A stretch of 64,000 bases of DNA from Vicinamibacterales bacterium (GCA_035279905.1 DATEGZ010000257.1:30086-94085), one strand, 5' to 3'; positions 28,005 to 36,963 are shown, numbered from the stretch's first letter. Notes: generated by a model not told the origin, from the sequence alone. A program made the numbers and translations.

Positions 28005-28658
28005 ATGGATGAGATCACTTCTCTTCGCCAGGACATCGAGCGCATCGAGACGCTGCTCGATCGGACGGCGTCCGTCATCGAGCAGCAGCGCGTTCAGGAG
28101 CACGGGAGTCACGCACCGCGCTTGACGTGCGCCGTGGCCATCGGCCTGATCGCCATCGGCGGCTGGTCGCTGTCAGCGCAGACGCCCTCACCCGCGCGCT
28201 TCCAGGTCGTGGACGACGCGGACCGAGTCGTGTTCGAAGTCGTGCAGACGCCGGACGGGCTGCGTGGGATCGGCTTGAACACCGAGTCCGGCAAGCCCGC
28301 GGCGGTGATGAGCGTCCGGCCCGACGGCCGCACGCTCCTGAAGACCATGTCTCCGGACGACACGAGCGAGGCCGTGATGGGCGTCGGGGTGACGAAAGAG
28401 CCCGTCGTCACGCTGCGATGGGGCGGCAACACCAACGGTCTCGCGACGTTCGCGGTCACTGACCGCCGACCCATCCTGGGGCTCTCGAGTGGCGCCCAGC
28501 TCAGCCTCGGCGTTGCCGACGGCGGCCAACTGGCGCTCGGCGATGCCAAGGGCAATCCGATGGTTCAGGCGTTTGTCACGCAGGGCGGACTCGGCATGGT
28601 GAACGCCTTTCCGCTGGGCAATCCGATCGGCAGCTTTCTTCTCGGCAAGCCCAGGTAG
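28005..28658 (+). CDS. hypothetical membrane-anchored protein, paralog of 27247..28002
   Basis: Starts 2 nt after the upstream stop. Same architecture: LRQDIERIETLL helix, TM segment LTCAVAIGLIAIGGWSLSA, then a beta-rich domain. Confidence 0.65.
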   Translation: MDEITSLRQDIERIETLLDRTASVIEQQRVQEHGSHAPRLTCAVAIGLIAIGGWSLSAQTPSPARFQVVDDADRVVFEVVQTPDGLRGIGLNTESGKPAAVMSVRPDGRTLLKTMSPDDTSEAVMGVGVTKEPVVTLRWGGNTNGLATFAVTDRRPILGLSSGAQLSLGVADGGQLALGDAKGNPMVQAFVTQGGLGMVNAFPLGNPIGSFLLGKPR

Positions 28659-28673
28659 CGGTGCGCGAGCCGC

Positions 28674-29345
28674 TCATCGGGCCGCCGGTGTTCTGGTCTC
28701 GAGATCCATCGCCCAGATTCGCCGCTGCGTGACATAGACGAGCACCGCCAGCGCGACCCCGCCGCCGGCCGCGACGTACGGCAGCGCGTGCGCCATCGTC
28801 GTCGTGCCGAATCGAATCACGAGCGCGTTGACGATCACGAGCGCGAGCCGGAACTCCGTCGGGCCGAGCTTGACGTAGCTGATCTGCAGCGTCTGGTTGA
28901 CCGACATCGAGAGAAACGAGTGCGCCATGAAGCCGGCGAAGACCGCGAGCAGGCAAAACAGGTCGAAGGACGATCGATCGGGCAGGATCCACGCGTAGCC
29001 GGCGACCACGACGCAGAGGAACACGTAGTCGAGGAAGTGGTCCATGTAGAAACCCCACTTCACGAGGCCGGTGTTCCGGAACTTCCCCACTTTGCCGTCG
29101 AAGTGATCGGTCGCCCACTGCAGCACGATCATGAGTGACACCAGCCACAGCCAGCGGAGATCGGCGGCGGCTTTCGCGCTGAACCAGAGGATGCCGGCGC
29201 ACCAGACGATCGTGAGCAGCGTCAGGTGGTGCGTCTCGATCCAGCTCGGGATGCGCGGCAGCACCCACGGCGCCAGGCGGCGCTCGAGCGGCGCGAGCAG
29301 CGATTCGTTCGTCTTCCGGGCCCCGGCAAAGTCCTCGCGCGGCAT
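28674..29345 (-). CDS. CDP-alcohol phosphatidyltransferase family protein
   Basis: Start ATG 29345 (MPREDFAGARK) within ORF 28674..29594. Motif DHFDGKVGK...GFYMDHFLD matches DxxDGxx(A/G)(R/K)...GxxxDxxxD. Confidence 0.75.
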   Translation of the reverse strand: MPREDFAGARKTNESLLAPLERRLAPWVLPRIPSWIETHHLTLLTIVWCAGILWFSAKAAADLRWLWLVSLMIVLQWATDHFDGKVGKFRNTGLVKWGFYMDHFLDYVFLCVVVAGYAWILPDRSSFDLFCLLAVFAGFMAHSFLSMSVNQTLQISYVKLGPTEFRLALVIVNALVIRFGTTTMAHALPYVAAGGGVALAVLVYVTQRRIWAMDLETRTPAAR

Positions 29346-29387
29346 CGACCCTCCTCGCTTCCGATGCCGGGATCGTATACCTGCGCG

Positions 29388-29393
29388 TAGAAT
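29388..29393 (+). promoter_or_regulatory. candidate -10 hexamer TAGAAT (leaderless geometry)
   Basis: Exactly 6 nt upstream of ATG 29400. Confidence 0.4.
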
Positions 29394-29399
29394 GACGGC

Positions 29400-29918
29400 A
29401 TGCGCCTGATGCTTGCCGCCACGCTCGCGTTCGTCCTCGCCGGGCCGCTCGCCGCGCTCAAGTTCGACGCGCCGCCGCAGTGGGTCTCGAAAGCGCCGTC
29501 CTCGTCCATGCGGGTCGCCGAGTTCGCGTTGCCGAAAGTGGCCGGCGACGCCGAAGACGCGACGCTCACGATCTTCTTCTTCGGCGCCACGCAAGGCGGC
29601 AACGTGCAGGCGAACATCGATCGCTGGATCGGCCAGATGTCACAGCCGGACGGTCGGGCGTCGAAGGACGTCGCCAAAACGTCGTCGCTCACGTCGCACG
29701 GCCTCAAGATCTCGATGGTCGACGTCGCCGGCACGTACGTCGCCGAAGTCAGCCCGGGCTCGACCGAACACTTCAACAAGCCGAACTTCCGCCAGCGCGC
29801 CGGCTACATCGACACGCCGGGCGGGCCGTACTTCGTCAAGTTGGTCGGACCTGAAAAGACCGTCGCCAAGTGGAACGACAGCGTCGACGCTTTTCTCAAG
29901 ACGTTACGTTACGAATGA
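29400..29918 (+). CDS. secreted hypothetical protein
   Basis: 172 aa. Signal peptide MRLMLAATLAFVLAGPLAA. Normal amino acid composition. No motif recognised. Confidence 0.6.
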   Translation: MRLMLAATLAFVLAGPLAALKFDAPPQWVSKAPSSSMRVAEFALPKVAGDAEDATLTIFFFGATQGGNVQANIDRWIGQMSQPDGRASKDVAKTSSLTSHGLKISMVDVAGTYVAEVSPGSTEHFNKPNFRQRAGYIDTPGGPYFVKLVGPEKTVAKWNDSVDAFLKTLRYE

Positions 29919-29921
29919 GTT

Positions 29922-29961
29922 GGGGTCGCGGGTCTTGATGGCGTCAGCCAGACCCGACCCC
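29922..29961. terminator. GC-rich hairpin between convergent genes
   Basis: GGGGTCG(CG)GGTCT - 14 nt - AGACCCGACCCC forms a 12-bp stem with a 2-nt bulge. Only a weak T-tract follows. Confidence 0.35.
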
Positions 29962-30001
29962 TTGGCACGCTCGAAGCGATCCGTTGAACCCGCGGCTCTC
30001 G

Positions 30002-32341
30002 CTACGAGTCGGTTCGCTGCAGGATCGACATCGGATCGAGATGAATCGCGCGCCACACGGGGCCGATCGACGCTGACACGCCGACGACAGCGATCGCGCT
30101 GGACGCCTCGAGCCAGAATCGCCAGTCGGTGCCGGCCACGAGAAACGCCTCGGGCCAGACGGCCTTGGTGATCGCCAGCGTCACGATCACGCCGGCTCCG
30201 GCTCCCGCCGTCACGAGCACGGTATCCCGGACGATCGCCAGCCAGGCCATCGACGAGGGACTCGCACCGAGGGCGAGGCGAATCGCGAAGCTTCGCCGCC
30301 GGCGCGCGATCGATTGACTCATCGACGCATAGATCCCCGTCGTCACAAGAATGAGCGACACAGTGGCGAGCGCGCCGAACAGCGCGACAAGGGTCCCGGC
30401 CCCTTCACGCTGTCGGCCAACGATGTCCGCCAGAGTCGAGTTCTCGTCCACGCTCAACGCGCCAGCGCTCGCCTGATCGACAGCCCGACGAACCTCGACG
30501 TCCGTCGGCGCAAGCCCGGGCTGGCGGCGAAACACGAGATAGGCACTCTCGCCCAGCGTGCGCTCGAGTGCTGGAACATAGAGGTCCGCGGCTTGCAGAC
30601 TGGCGATCTTCCCGCTCCGGCCGACGTCTGACACGACGCCCGCGATCTCGAATCGATAGGCGGACGGGCCGCGCTTGACCGAGACCTGCCGGCCGACGGC
30701 GCCGGTGTTCCAGCACTTTCGCGAGAGCGTCGCACTCGCGACCGCAGTATCTCGGTCAACAATCGCTCCGAAACCGCTCTCGACGTTCAGTCCGAGCACC
30801 GAGAAGTATTCGGGCGTGACGGCCCGCACCACTGCGTGACAGCTGTCCGAGCCATCTGCGGCGTCGGTCGTGACGATGGCGGTCGGGGCGGCCGGCAGCG
30901 GACGCGTGTCGCTCAACGCCGCGGTACTGACGCCCGGAAGGTCCCGAATGGCGTCGCGCGCGCGGGCAGCCGTGCTGGTCTCGACGGCCGCCCCGGCGGC
31001 GGACACGAGGCGCACCACACCGATCTGCTCGAGCGAACCGTGCGGCGCGGTGCCGGCGACCTCCTCGATCACCGAATGAAAGAGCAAAGTGACCACGACG
31101 AGCACGACGGAGAGCGCCACCTGGATGAGCACGAGCAGGTCGGCCACGCCGTACGCGCCGGGACGCCAGATTGTCCGGTTCCGTGCCGCTGGCAGAATCG
31201 GCGCGAGATCTGTGCGCGCGGCGAGAATCGCTGGAACGAGTCCCGTCAGCGCCACCGACACCGCAACCGTGGCGAGGCCAAATGCGATGGCTCCCGTCTC
31301 GAGCACGATCGAAGCCGCCGTTCCCGCGCTCAGCGGCACGATCATCGCCCTGAGAATTCGCACACCAGCAAACGACAGCGGCAGCGCCAGGGCGCCCGCG
31401 GAGACGGCCACCAGCGCGGATTCGATAACGGCCTCGCGAGCCATCCGCCATGGCCCAGCGCCGAGGCTCACCCGGATCGCGAGCTCGCGTTCGCGACGGA
31501 GCGCGCCTGCGACCAGCACGGCTGACGCGTTGCCGCACGCGACGAGGAGGACGAGCAGCGCCGGTCCGAGTAATCCGATGACCGCTTGCGCGCCTCGGCG
31601 GACGGATGGATCTGTCAGCGGCACCGCGACCACGCGCTGCTCCACCGGCCCCTCGGCAAAGCGCGCGCTCACGCGGACCCACGTCTCGGGCCCGTCCAAT
31701 CTGCCGAACAGGTCGACGCCCGCGCCGGTCGCGGTCTGTGGAGCGCGTACCCACACGTCCGTATCGCGGTCGCCGAACCAGAAGCCATCAGGCATGACGC
31801 CCACAACATCGTACGCGTCGCCCTCGACTCGGATCGGTCGGCCGATGATCGCGGTGTCAGCGGCGCAGGCGGTGCGCCAGAACGCAGCGCTCAACAGCGC
31901 CTCAGACCCGTGCGAATCTCGCGTCAGGGCGCGGCCGAGCTGCGGCGCCACCCTGATGACGTCACTGAAGTTCGGCGAGACCCAACGCACGGTCGAGGAT
32001 CTCGCCTCGGCGACACAGCCGTTGATGTCGACGGGAGCAGGCCGCCGTGTGCTCCTCGTGACGACCAGTTGCCCAGCCGCGCGATCGATGACGCCCTGGA
32101 TCTCGGCCGGCCGGAACGGACGACGGCCCATGGGCGCGGATCGGTCAACGGCGTACAGACGGGCCACTCGCTCCGGCTCAGGAACGGGCGCCACATCGTC
32201 GGCCACGGCTCTGAAGGCGGTGTAGAGGGTAACGGCTGCGGCGAGACCGAGGCCGAGCGCCAGAACGGGTGCGGCGAATTGTCCTGGGGCGGCTGCGGTG
32301 GTCCGCGCCGCCCGCTTTACGTCGACCCACACAGACTTCAT
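30002..32341 (-). CDS. ADOP-family duplicated orphan permease (MacB/FtsX-like, TIGR03434-like)
   Basis: 779 aa with two MacB-periplasmic-domain plus FtsX four-helix units. No adjacent ABC ATPase. Confidence 0.8.
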   Translation of the reverse strand: MKSVWVDVKRAARTTAAAPGQFAAPVLALGLGLAAAVTLYTAFRAVADDVAPVPEPERVARLYAVDRSAPMGRRPFRPAEIQGVIDRAAGQLVVTRSTRRPAPVDINGCVAEARSSTVRWVSPNFSDVIRVAPQLGRALTRDSHGSEALLSAAFWRTACAADTAIIGRPIRVEGDAYDVVGVMPDGFWFGDRDTDVWVRAPQTATGAGVDLFGRLDGPETWVRVSARFAEGPVEQRVVAVPLTDPSVRRGAQAVIGLLGPALLVLLVACGNASAVLVAGALRRERELAIRVSLGAGPWRMAREAVIESALVAVSAGALALPLSFAGVRILRAMIVPLSAGTAASIVLETGAIAFGLATVAVSVALTGLVPAILAARTDLAPILPAARNRTIWRPGAYGVADLLVLIQVALSVVLVVVTLLFHSVIEEVAGTAPHGSLEQIGVVRLVSAAGAAVETSTAARARDAIRDLPGVSTAALSDTRPLPAAPTAIVTTDAADGSDSCHAVVRAVTPEYFSVLGLNVESGFGAIVDRDTAVASATLSRKCWNTGAVGRQVSVKRGPSAYRFEIAGVVSDVGRSGKIASLQAADLYVPALERTLGESAYLVFRRQPGLAPTDVEVRRAVDQASAGALSVDENSTLADIVGRQREGAGTLVALFGALATVSLILVTTGIYASMSQSIARRRRSFAIRLALGASPSSMAWLAIVRDTVLVTAGAGAGVIVTLAITKAVWPEAFLVAGTDWRFWLEASSAIAVVGVSASIGPVWRAIHLDPMSILQRTDS

Positions 32342-32393
32342 ATCTCGTCTATCGGCGTCGTCCTGGCCGCGAACCAGATCGCCGCATCCCGGT

Positions 32394-33365
32394 CTACCCC
32401 GGCAGTGACCAATCCGTGTGCGGCATCTTGTTCTGCACGAGCCACCCGTACAGCAGCCCGCGATAGTTCTGCCACTGCATCTTGCGTTCGGCGTAGAACG
32501 GCCGGAGCGCGCGTTGGAGCGCGGGCAGGTGGTAGAACGGCACGCCCGGGAAGTAGTGGTGCTCGAGGTGGTAGTTCGAGTTGATGAACGCGAAATCCCA
32601 GAACCAGTTGCCGCGCATCAGCGTGCCCCACTTCGCGGGGTCGGTCGGATCGATGTCGTAGTGCTGGCCGAGGCGGTTCAGCGTGAACGCGATCGGAAAG
32701 ACGAAGAACACCGGGATCACGCTCGCGCGCAGCGCCGCACCGGACCCGAACGCCCACCAGATCAACGCGAGCGCGCCGAGATGAAAGAGGATCGCGGCCC
32801 GCCGCTCCCAGCCGATCGTCCGCTGGAGCTCCGCCGGGTAACTCACGGTCTCCTTCCGCGCGGCGCGGAAGTAGATCGGAAACAGCGCGGGCGTCGCGTA
32901 CAGCAGCTTGTACCAGCGCGCGTTGATCTTCGGAGACAGGTAGTGGCGCTTCGGGTCGTCTTCCGGCGACCCGAGCTCGGCGTGGTGATCCAGATGCCAC
33001 CGCGTGAACTGGCTCGCGGAGATCCCGCTCGGAATCGCGTAGGCGAGCGCGAGGAACCGCTCGACGCCGGCGTGCCGGCGCTCGAACACGTTGTGGTGCA
33101 GCACCTCGTGGAGCAGCACCGTGAAGTTGAAGATCGTGAAGCCCTGCACGAGGGCCAGCGGGATCCAGATCACCGGGTTCTCGAATCGGATCAGGCCCCA
33201 GGTGCAGAGGCCCAGGATCGCGAACTGCCGGATCGCGACCACGAAGTGCCGCGCGGGCGCCTTGCCGTGAAACACCCGCATCTGCTCGCGCGTGATCGCG
33301 CGGCCCAGGTCGGCCCGCAGCCCCACCGCGTGCTGACTGTAGTAGTGCGACTTCACTCCCGTCAT
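32394..33365 (-). CDS. membrane fatty acid desaturase
   Basis: Start ATG 33365 (MTGVKSHYY). Three His boxes: HEVLHH, HLDHHAELG and HLEHHYF. Confidence 0.85.
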   Translation of the reverse strand: MTGVKSHYYSQHAVGLRADLGRAITREQMRVFHGKAPARHFVVAIRQFAILGLCTWGLIRFENPVIWIPLALVQGFTIFNFTVLLHEVLHHNVFERRHAGVERFLALAYAIPSGISASQFTRWHLDHHAELGSPEDDPKRHYLSPKINARWYKLLYATPALFPIYFRAARKETVSYPAELQRTIGWERRAAILFHLGALALIWWAFGSGAALRASVIPVFFVFPIAFTLNRLGQHYDIDPTDPAKWGTLMRGNWFWDFAFINSNYHLEHHYFPGVPFYHLPALQRALRPFYAERKMQWQNYRGLLYGWLVQNKMPHTDWSLPG

Positions 33366-33470
33366 TGTACGACCGGGTCCCAATGTGCCCCTTGCGTGCT
33401 CTCGACTAAGCCCGCGGGAGGCCGTGCCTCGGCAACTCGCGCGGGTCGCGGGATCGGTCAACGACCGTTC

Positions 33471-34418
33471 TTACTTCTGGATCGGCAAAGCCACGGCCGC
33501 CCGCGCCAAACGCGTCAGAAACAGCCCCGTCAGCACCGCGGCCGCGCCAATTGCCTTGGTCGCCGTGATCGGCTCGTGCAGCCACACCGCTGCCGTCACG
33601 AGCGCGACGATGGGGATCGCGTTCGAGTAGATCGACGTCCGGGCCGGGCCCAGCCGCTGCACGCCTGTGTACCAGATCAAGTACGACAGGCACAGCGCGA
33701 GCCAGGCCGAGAGGACGAGCGCGCCCCACGTCCAGGCGCTCACGCGGGCCCAGTCCATCCGGAAGAACTGCGGCAGCACGATCAACGCGTACGGAATCGC
33801 GCCGATGATCATCGTCATGCCCGTCACGTAGAGCGGAGAGTGGCGCGCGATGAGCCGCGACGCGCCCAGCGTGTAGGCGACCCAACACGCCACGGACACC
33901 ATCACGAGCGCGTCGCCCGTCCAGTTCGCGCCGCCAAAGGACGCCCCACGCCCCACCACGAAGTAGATGCCGGTGAGCGCGACGGCGAGGCCAAGCCAGT
34001 GAATGCGCGGAATACGCTCCTTGCCGAGGAGCGCGGAGGTCGTGGCAATCGCGACGGGCGTCGACCCGATGATGAGCGCGGCGTTCGAGACGCTCGTCGC
34101 CGCCACACCGCCGGCAAAGCACGTTTGATACGCGAGGTGGCCGACCAGGCCGAGCCAGAGAAGGTCAACGCGATCGCGCCTCGTGAGCGGCGCGGCCGTG
34201 GAAAAGACCGACGACAGCCGCCCGCCGGACTCGCGCGCCTGGCGCGCGGCGCGGATCGCGAGGTAGAACGTCGATGCGGCGATGACGAGCCGCAGCGCGT
34301 TGAACGGCTGGGGCGGGATCTCGGCGAAACAGCGTTTGATCACGCTGTAGTTCGTGCCCCAGATCACGACCATCAGCACCAGGGCGGCGTCGATGCCCCA
34401 GCTCGGCCGGCGCATCAT
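33471..34418 (-). CDS. DMT superfamily (EamA-like) transporter
   Basis: 315 aa, 10-TM duplicated EamA layout, with VIWGTNYSVIK at the N-terminus. Confidence 0.8.
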   Translation of the reverse strand: MMRRPSWGIDAALVLMVVIWGTNYSVIKRCFAEIPPQPFNALRLVIAASTFYLAIRAARQARESGGRLSSVFSTAAPLTRRDRVDLLWLGLVGHLAYQTCFAGGVAATSVSNAALIIGSTPVAIATTSALLGKERIPRIHWLGLAVALTGIYFVVGRGASFGGANWTGDALVMVSVACWVAYTLGASRLIARHSPLYVTGMTMIIGAIPYALIVLPQFFRMDWARVSAWTWGALVLSAWLALCLSYLIWYTGVQRLGPARTSIYSNAIPIVALVTAAVWLHEPITATKAIGAAAVLTGLFLTRLARAAVALPIQK

Positions 34419-34443
34419 TCGAATCCCGCCTCCCGCGGACCGG

Positions 34444-34944
34444 CTATTCCGACGGCTGAATCTGCTTGATCGTCTCGTCGATCAACTTGAGGTTGTCGTC
34501 TGTGGTGATGTTGCGGTTCAGCAGCTTGGTCGCAATCGCGAGCGAGAGATCGACCGTCTCGCGGCGGATGTCCTTGATCGCCCGGTTCTTCTCGAGCTCG
34601 ATCTGTTTCTGCGCGCGTTCGACGATCCCCTGGCCCTCAGCGACCGCCTTCTGGCGCATTTCCTCGCCCAAGGCGCTCGCGTCGCTGTGCGCGCGCGTGA
34701 GGATCGCTTCGGCGTCCACCCGCGCCTTGGTCAGCACCTGGGCGGACTCCTGCTTCACGCGCTCGATTTCCTCGCGCGCCTTCTTCGCGTCGTCGACGGC
34801 TTTCGCGATCATCTGCTGCCGCGCGTCGAGCGCAGCGAGCAGCGGCTTCCACGCGAACTTCGCGAGGAGCCCCAGCAGGACGAGGAACGTCAGGATCGTC
34901 CAGATGAACAGCCCCGGATCGGGCTGGACGAGCGGATTGTCCAT
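34444..34944 (-). CDS. atpF: F0F1 ATP synthase subunit b
   Basis: Start at MDNPLVQPDPGLFIWTILTFLVLLGLLAKFAWKPL, followed by a long charged helix. Confidence 0.9.
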   Translation of the reverse strand: MDNPLVQPDPGLFIWTILTFLVLLGLLAKFAWKPLLAALDARQQMIAKAVDDAKKAREEIERVKQESAQVLTKARVDAEAILTRAHSDASALGEEMRQKAVAEGQGIVERAQKQIELEKNRAIKDIRRETVDLSLAIATKLLNRNITTDDNLKLIDETIKQIQPSE

Positions 34945-35005
34945 ATCTCTATCTCTGTCCTTTCGGCCGCCGGCGCCACTCACGCGGCGCCGGCCCGTCC
35001 GCCGA

Positions 35006-35248
35006 CTACTTCATCAGCACGATCAGGAGACAGAAGACCTCGCCGAGAATGGCGACGCCTTCGAGCAGGAACAGCGGCAGGTTCGTCGCGCCCGAGATCT
35101 GCGCCGCCGCACTCGGCTGCCGTGCGACGCCTTCCGCGACGCCCTGCGCCAGACGGCCGATACCGAGGCCGGCTCCAATCACGACGAGCCCCAGCCCGAT
35201 GCCAGCGCCCGCATACGCCCACTGCAGTAGACCTTTTGCCGCTTCCAT
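35006..35248 (-). CDS. atpE: F0F1 ATP synthase subunit c
   Basis: 80-aa hairpin with the ARQP loop and carboxylate in LFLLEGVAI. Confidence 0.92.
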   Translation of the reverse strand: MEAAKGLLQWAYAGAGIGLGLVVIGAGLGIGRLAQGVAEGVARQPSAAAQISGATNLPLFLLEGVAILGEVFCLLIVLMK

Positions 35249-35283
35249 ACCATCTGCTCCTTATCGCGAATCGAGTACCCGAC

Positions 35284-36228
35284 TTAGTGATGTGCGTGAA
35301 TGGCCATGCCGATGAACACGGCCGACAGCAACGTGAAGACGTACGCCTGCACGAGGATGACGATGATCTCGAGGACCGAGAGCAGCGCCGACAGCGGCAC
35401 CGAGAACGCCAATCCGGTGCCGACGCCCGTCGCGGCGCCCGCCATGCCCGTAAAGATGAACACGAACGAGAGGATCGCGAGAATCGCGATGTGGCCGCCG
35501 GTCATGTTGGCGGCCAGTCGCATCGTGAGCGCGAACGGCCGGACCAGCGTGCTGATCAGTTCCATGGGAACCAGCAGGAAATAGAGCGACCAATGCTGCC
35601 CCGGCGGCACCAGGTTCTTCCAGTGCTGGATGAACCCGTGCGCTTTGGTGCCGGCGGCAATGATCGCTCCGAACGAAATGACGGCCAGTCCCGCGGTGAC
35701 GTTGTAGTTGCCGGTCGCCGTCGAGCTGCCGTGCACCAGACGGCTGATGAACGATCCCTCGGCGGTGTGCAGCACGTAGTGATCGAGCAAGCCGAGCGCG
35801 TCGAAGATGGGAATCAACCCGATGAGATTCGCGCCGAGGATGAAGACGAAGAACGTGAGAATCAGCGGCGTCCACGTGTCCGCCCACTTCTTGCCGATGT
35901 TGGGCAGCACGACGAGGTCGCGAATGAACTCGACGACGATTTCGAGCATGTTCATCGGGCGCGTCGGCACCAGACGATTGCTCCGGACCGACCGGCGCAC
36001 GAGCACCGTCACGATCACGAACACGAGCGCCGCGACCAGCCACAGCATGAACACGTGCTTGGTCACCGACAGATCGACGCCGCCGATCGTCGGCAGGTGA
36101 ATCAGCGCGTGATCGTGGCTGCTGTTCGAGACGTGGCCGATGATCACCTCGCCGGCGTCGAACTGGCCGGCGGCGGCGTGGGCTTCCTGCGAGCCCGTGG
36201 CGATCTCCTGGGCGACTGCGGGGTTCAT
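35284..36228 (-). CDS. atpB: F0F1 ATP synthase subunit a
   Basis: 314 aa. Conserved RPFALTMRLAANMTGGH stretch containing the essential Arg. Confidence 0.92.
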   Translation of the reverse strand: MNPAVAQEIATGSQEAHAAAGQFDAGEVIIGHVSNSSHDHALIHLPTIGGVDLSVTKHVFMLWLVAALVFVIVTVLVRRSVRSNRLVPTRPMNMLEIVVEFIRDLVVLPNIGKKWADTWTPLILTFFVFILGANLIGLIPIFDALGLLDHYVLHTAEGSFISRLVHGSSTATGNYNVTAGLAVISFGAIIAAGTKAHGFIQHWKNLVPPGQHWSLYFLLVPMELISTLVRPFALTMRLAANMTGGHIAILAILSFVFIFTGMAGAATGVGTGLAFSVPLSALLSVLEIIVILVQAYVFTLLSAVFIGMAIHAHH

Positions 36229-36238
36229 CGATGAAAGT

Positions 36239-36616
36239 TTAGGATGCGACGCGGGTGCGGCTGGAGAGTTTGTGCAGCAGAACCGCTTCAGCGACGTACA
36301 AGCCGACGAAACACAGCGTGAAGCTGGCGATGAACGGCACGGCCGCGACCTGCAGCGCGCGCAAGGCGATCGCCACGTAGACGCCGAAGAACACGAGCTT
36401 GACGGCGAAAGCTGACATCATCACACCTGACAGCCCGGCCGGATTCGCGCGCCATGTCCGATCGATCAACCACCACGTGACGCTCGCGGCGACCAGCGGC
36501 CCCGCCACGCCAACGGCGACGTCAGCGCGCGTCCATCCGGGCACGAGCGACAACGCGGCGCCCACGGCCACACACGCGCCGGTCATCCACCCGATTACGC
36601 TGACGGACGTTGCCAT
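36239..36616 (-). CDS. atpI: ATP synthase protein I
   Basis: Start ATG 36616 (MATSVSVIGWM) within ORF 36239..36865. Small 4-TM protein directly upstream of atpB. Confidence 0.6.
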   Translation of the reverse strand: MATSVSVIGWMTGACVAVGAALSLVPGWTRADVAVGVAGPLVAASVTWWLIDRTWRANPAGLSGVMMSAFAVKLVFFGVYVAIALRALQVAAVPFIASFTLCFVGLYVAEAVLLHKLSSRTRVAS

Positions 36617-36849
36617 GTCGATTTGACCAGCTCGTAGAAGCCTACCGCGATGCCCAGCAGCAACCCGACGAAGACGCCCCACGGCGCCGTGTTCAGCCAC
36701 CGGTCGAGCAGGTATCCCCCGCCCCCCAGCATCACGATGGCACCCACCAGCGTGTAGGCGGCTGCGGCCGCCGGACCGGCGCTGGTCGCGGATTGCTGGA
36801 AAAAACCCAGCGATCTCAATAGCCAGTGCTTTCGGTCGTCCTTCGCCAT
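36595..36849 (-). CDS. AtpZ/AtpI-family small membrane protein
   Basis: 84 aa, two TM helices. GGGGYLLDRWLNTAPWGVFVGLLLG resembles AtpZ proteins. First gene of the F0 operon. Confidence 0.65.
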   Translation of the reverse strand: MAKDDRKHWLLRSLGFFQQSATSAGPAAAAAYTLVGAIVMLGGGGYLLDRWLNTAPWGVFVGLLLGIAVGFYELVKSTWQRPSA

Positions 36850-36963
36850 ACCGGTGCGGCTCCACGGCCCCGGTTCAACCGGAGATTCTATCGTACTCCC
36901 TCAGGGGTGCTGGCCCGCGCCCGGCGAACGCGGACTCGATATACTGCGGACGGGGGCGTCAAC

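Noticed and set aside
35006-35248. Possible Na+-translocating or N-type ATPase c subunit.
   Set aside because: The helix-1 position aligned to the Na+-ligand Gln is Ile, and there is no Ser/Thr after the carboxylate. The gene order is not the N-ATPase order.
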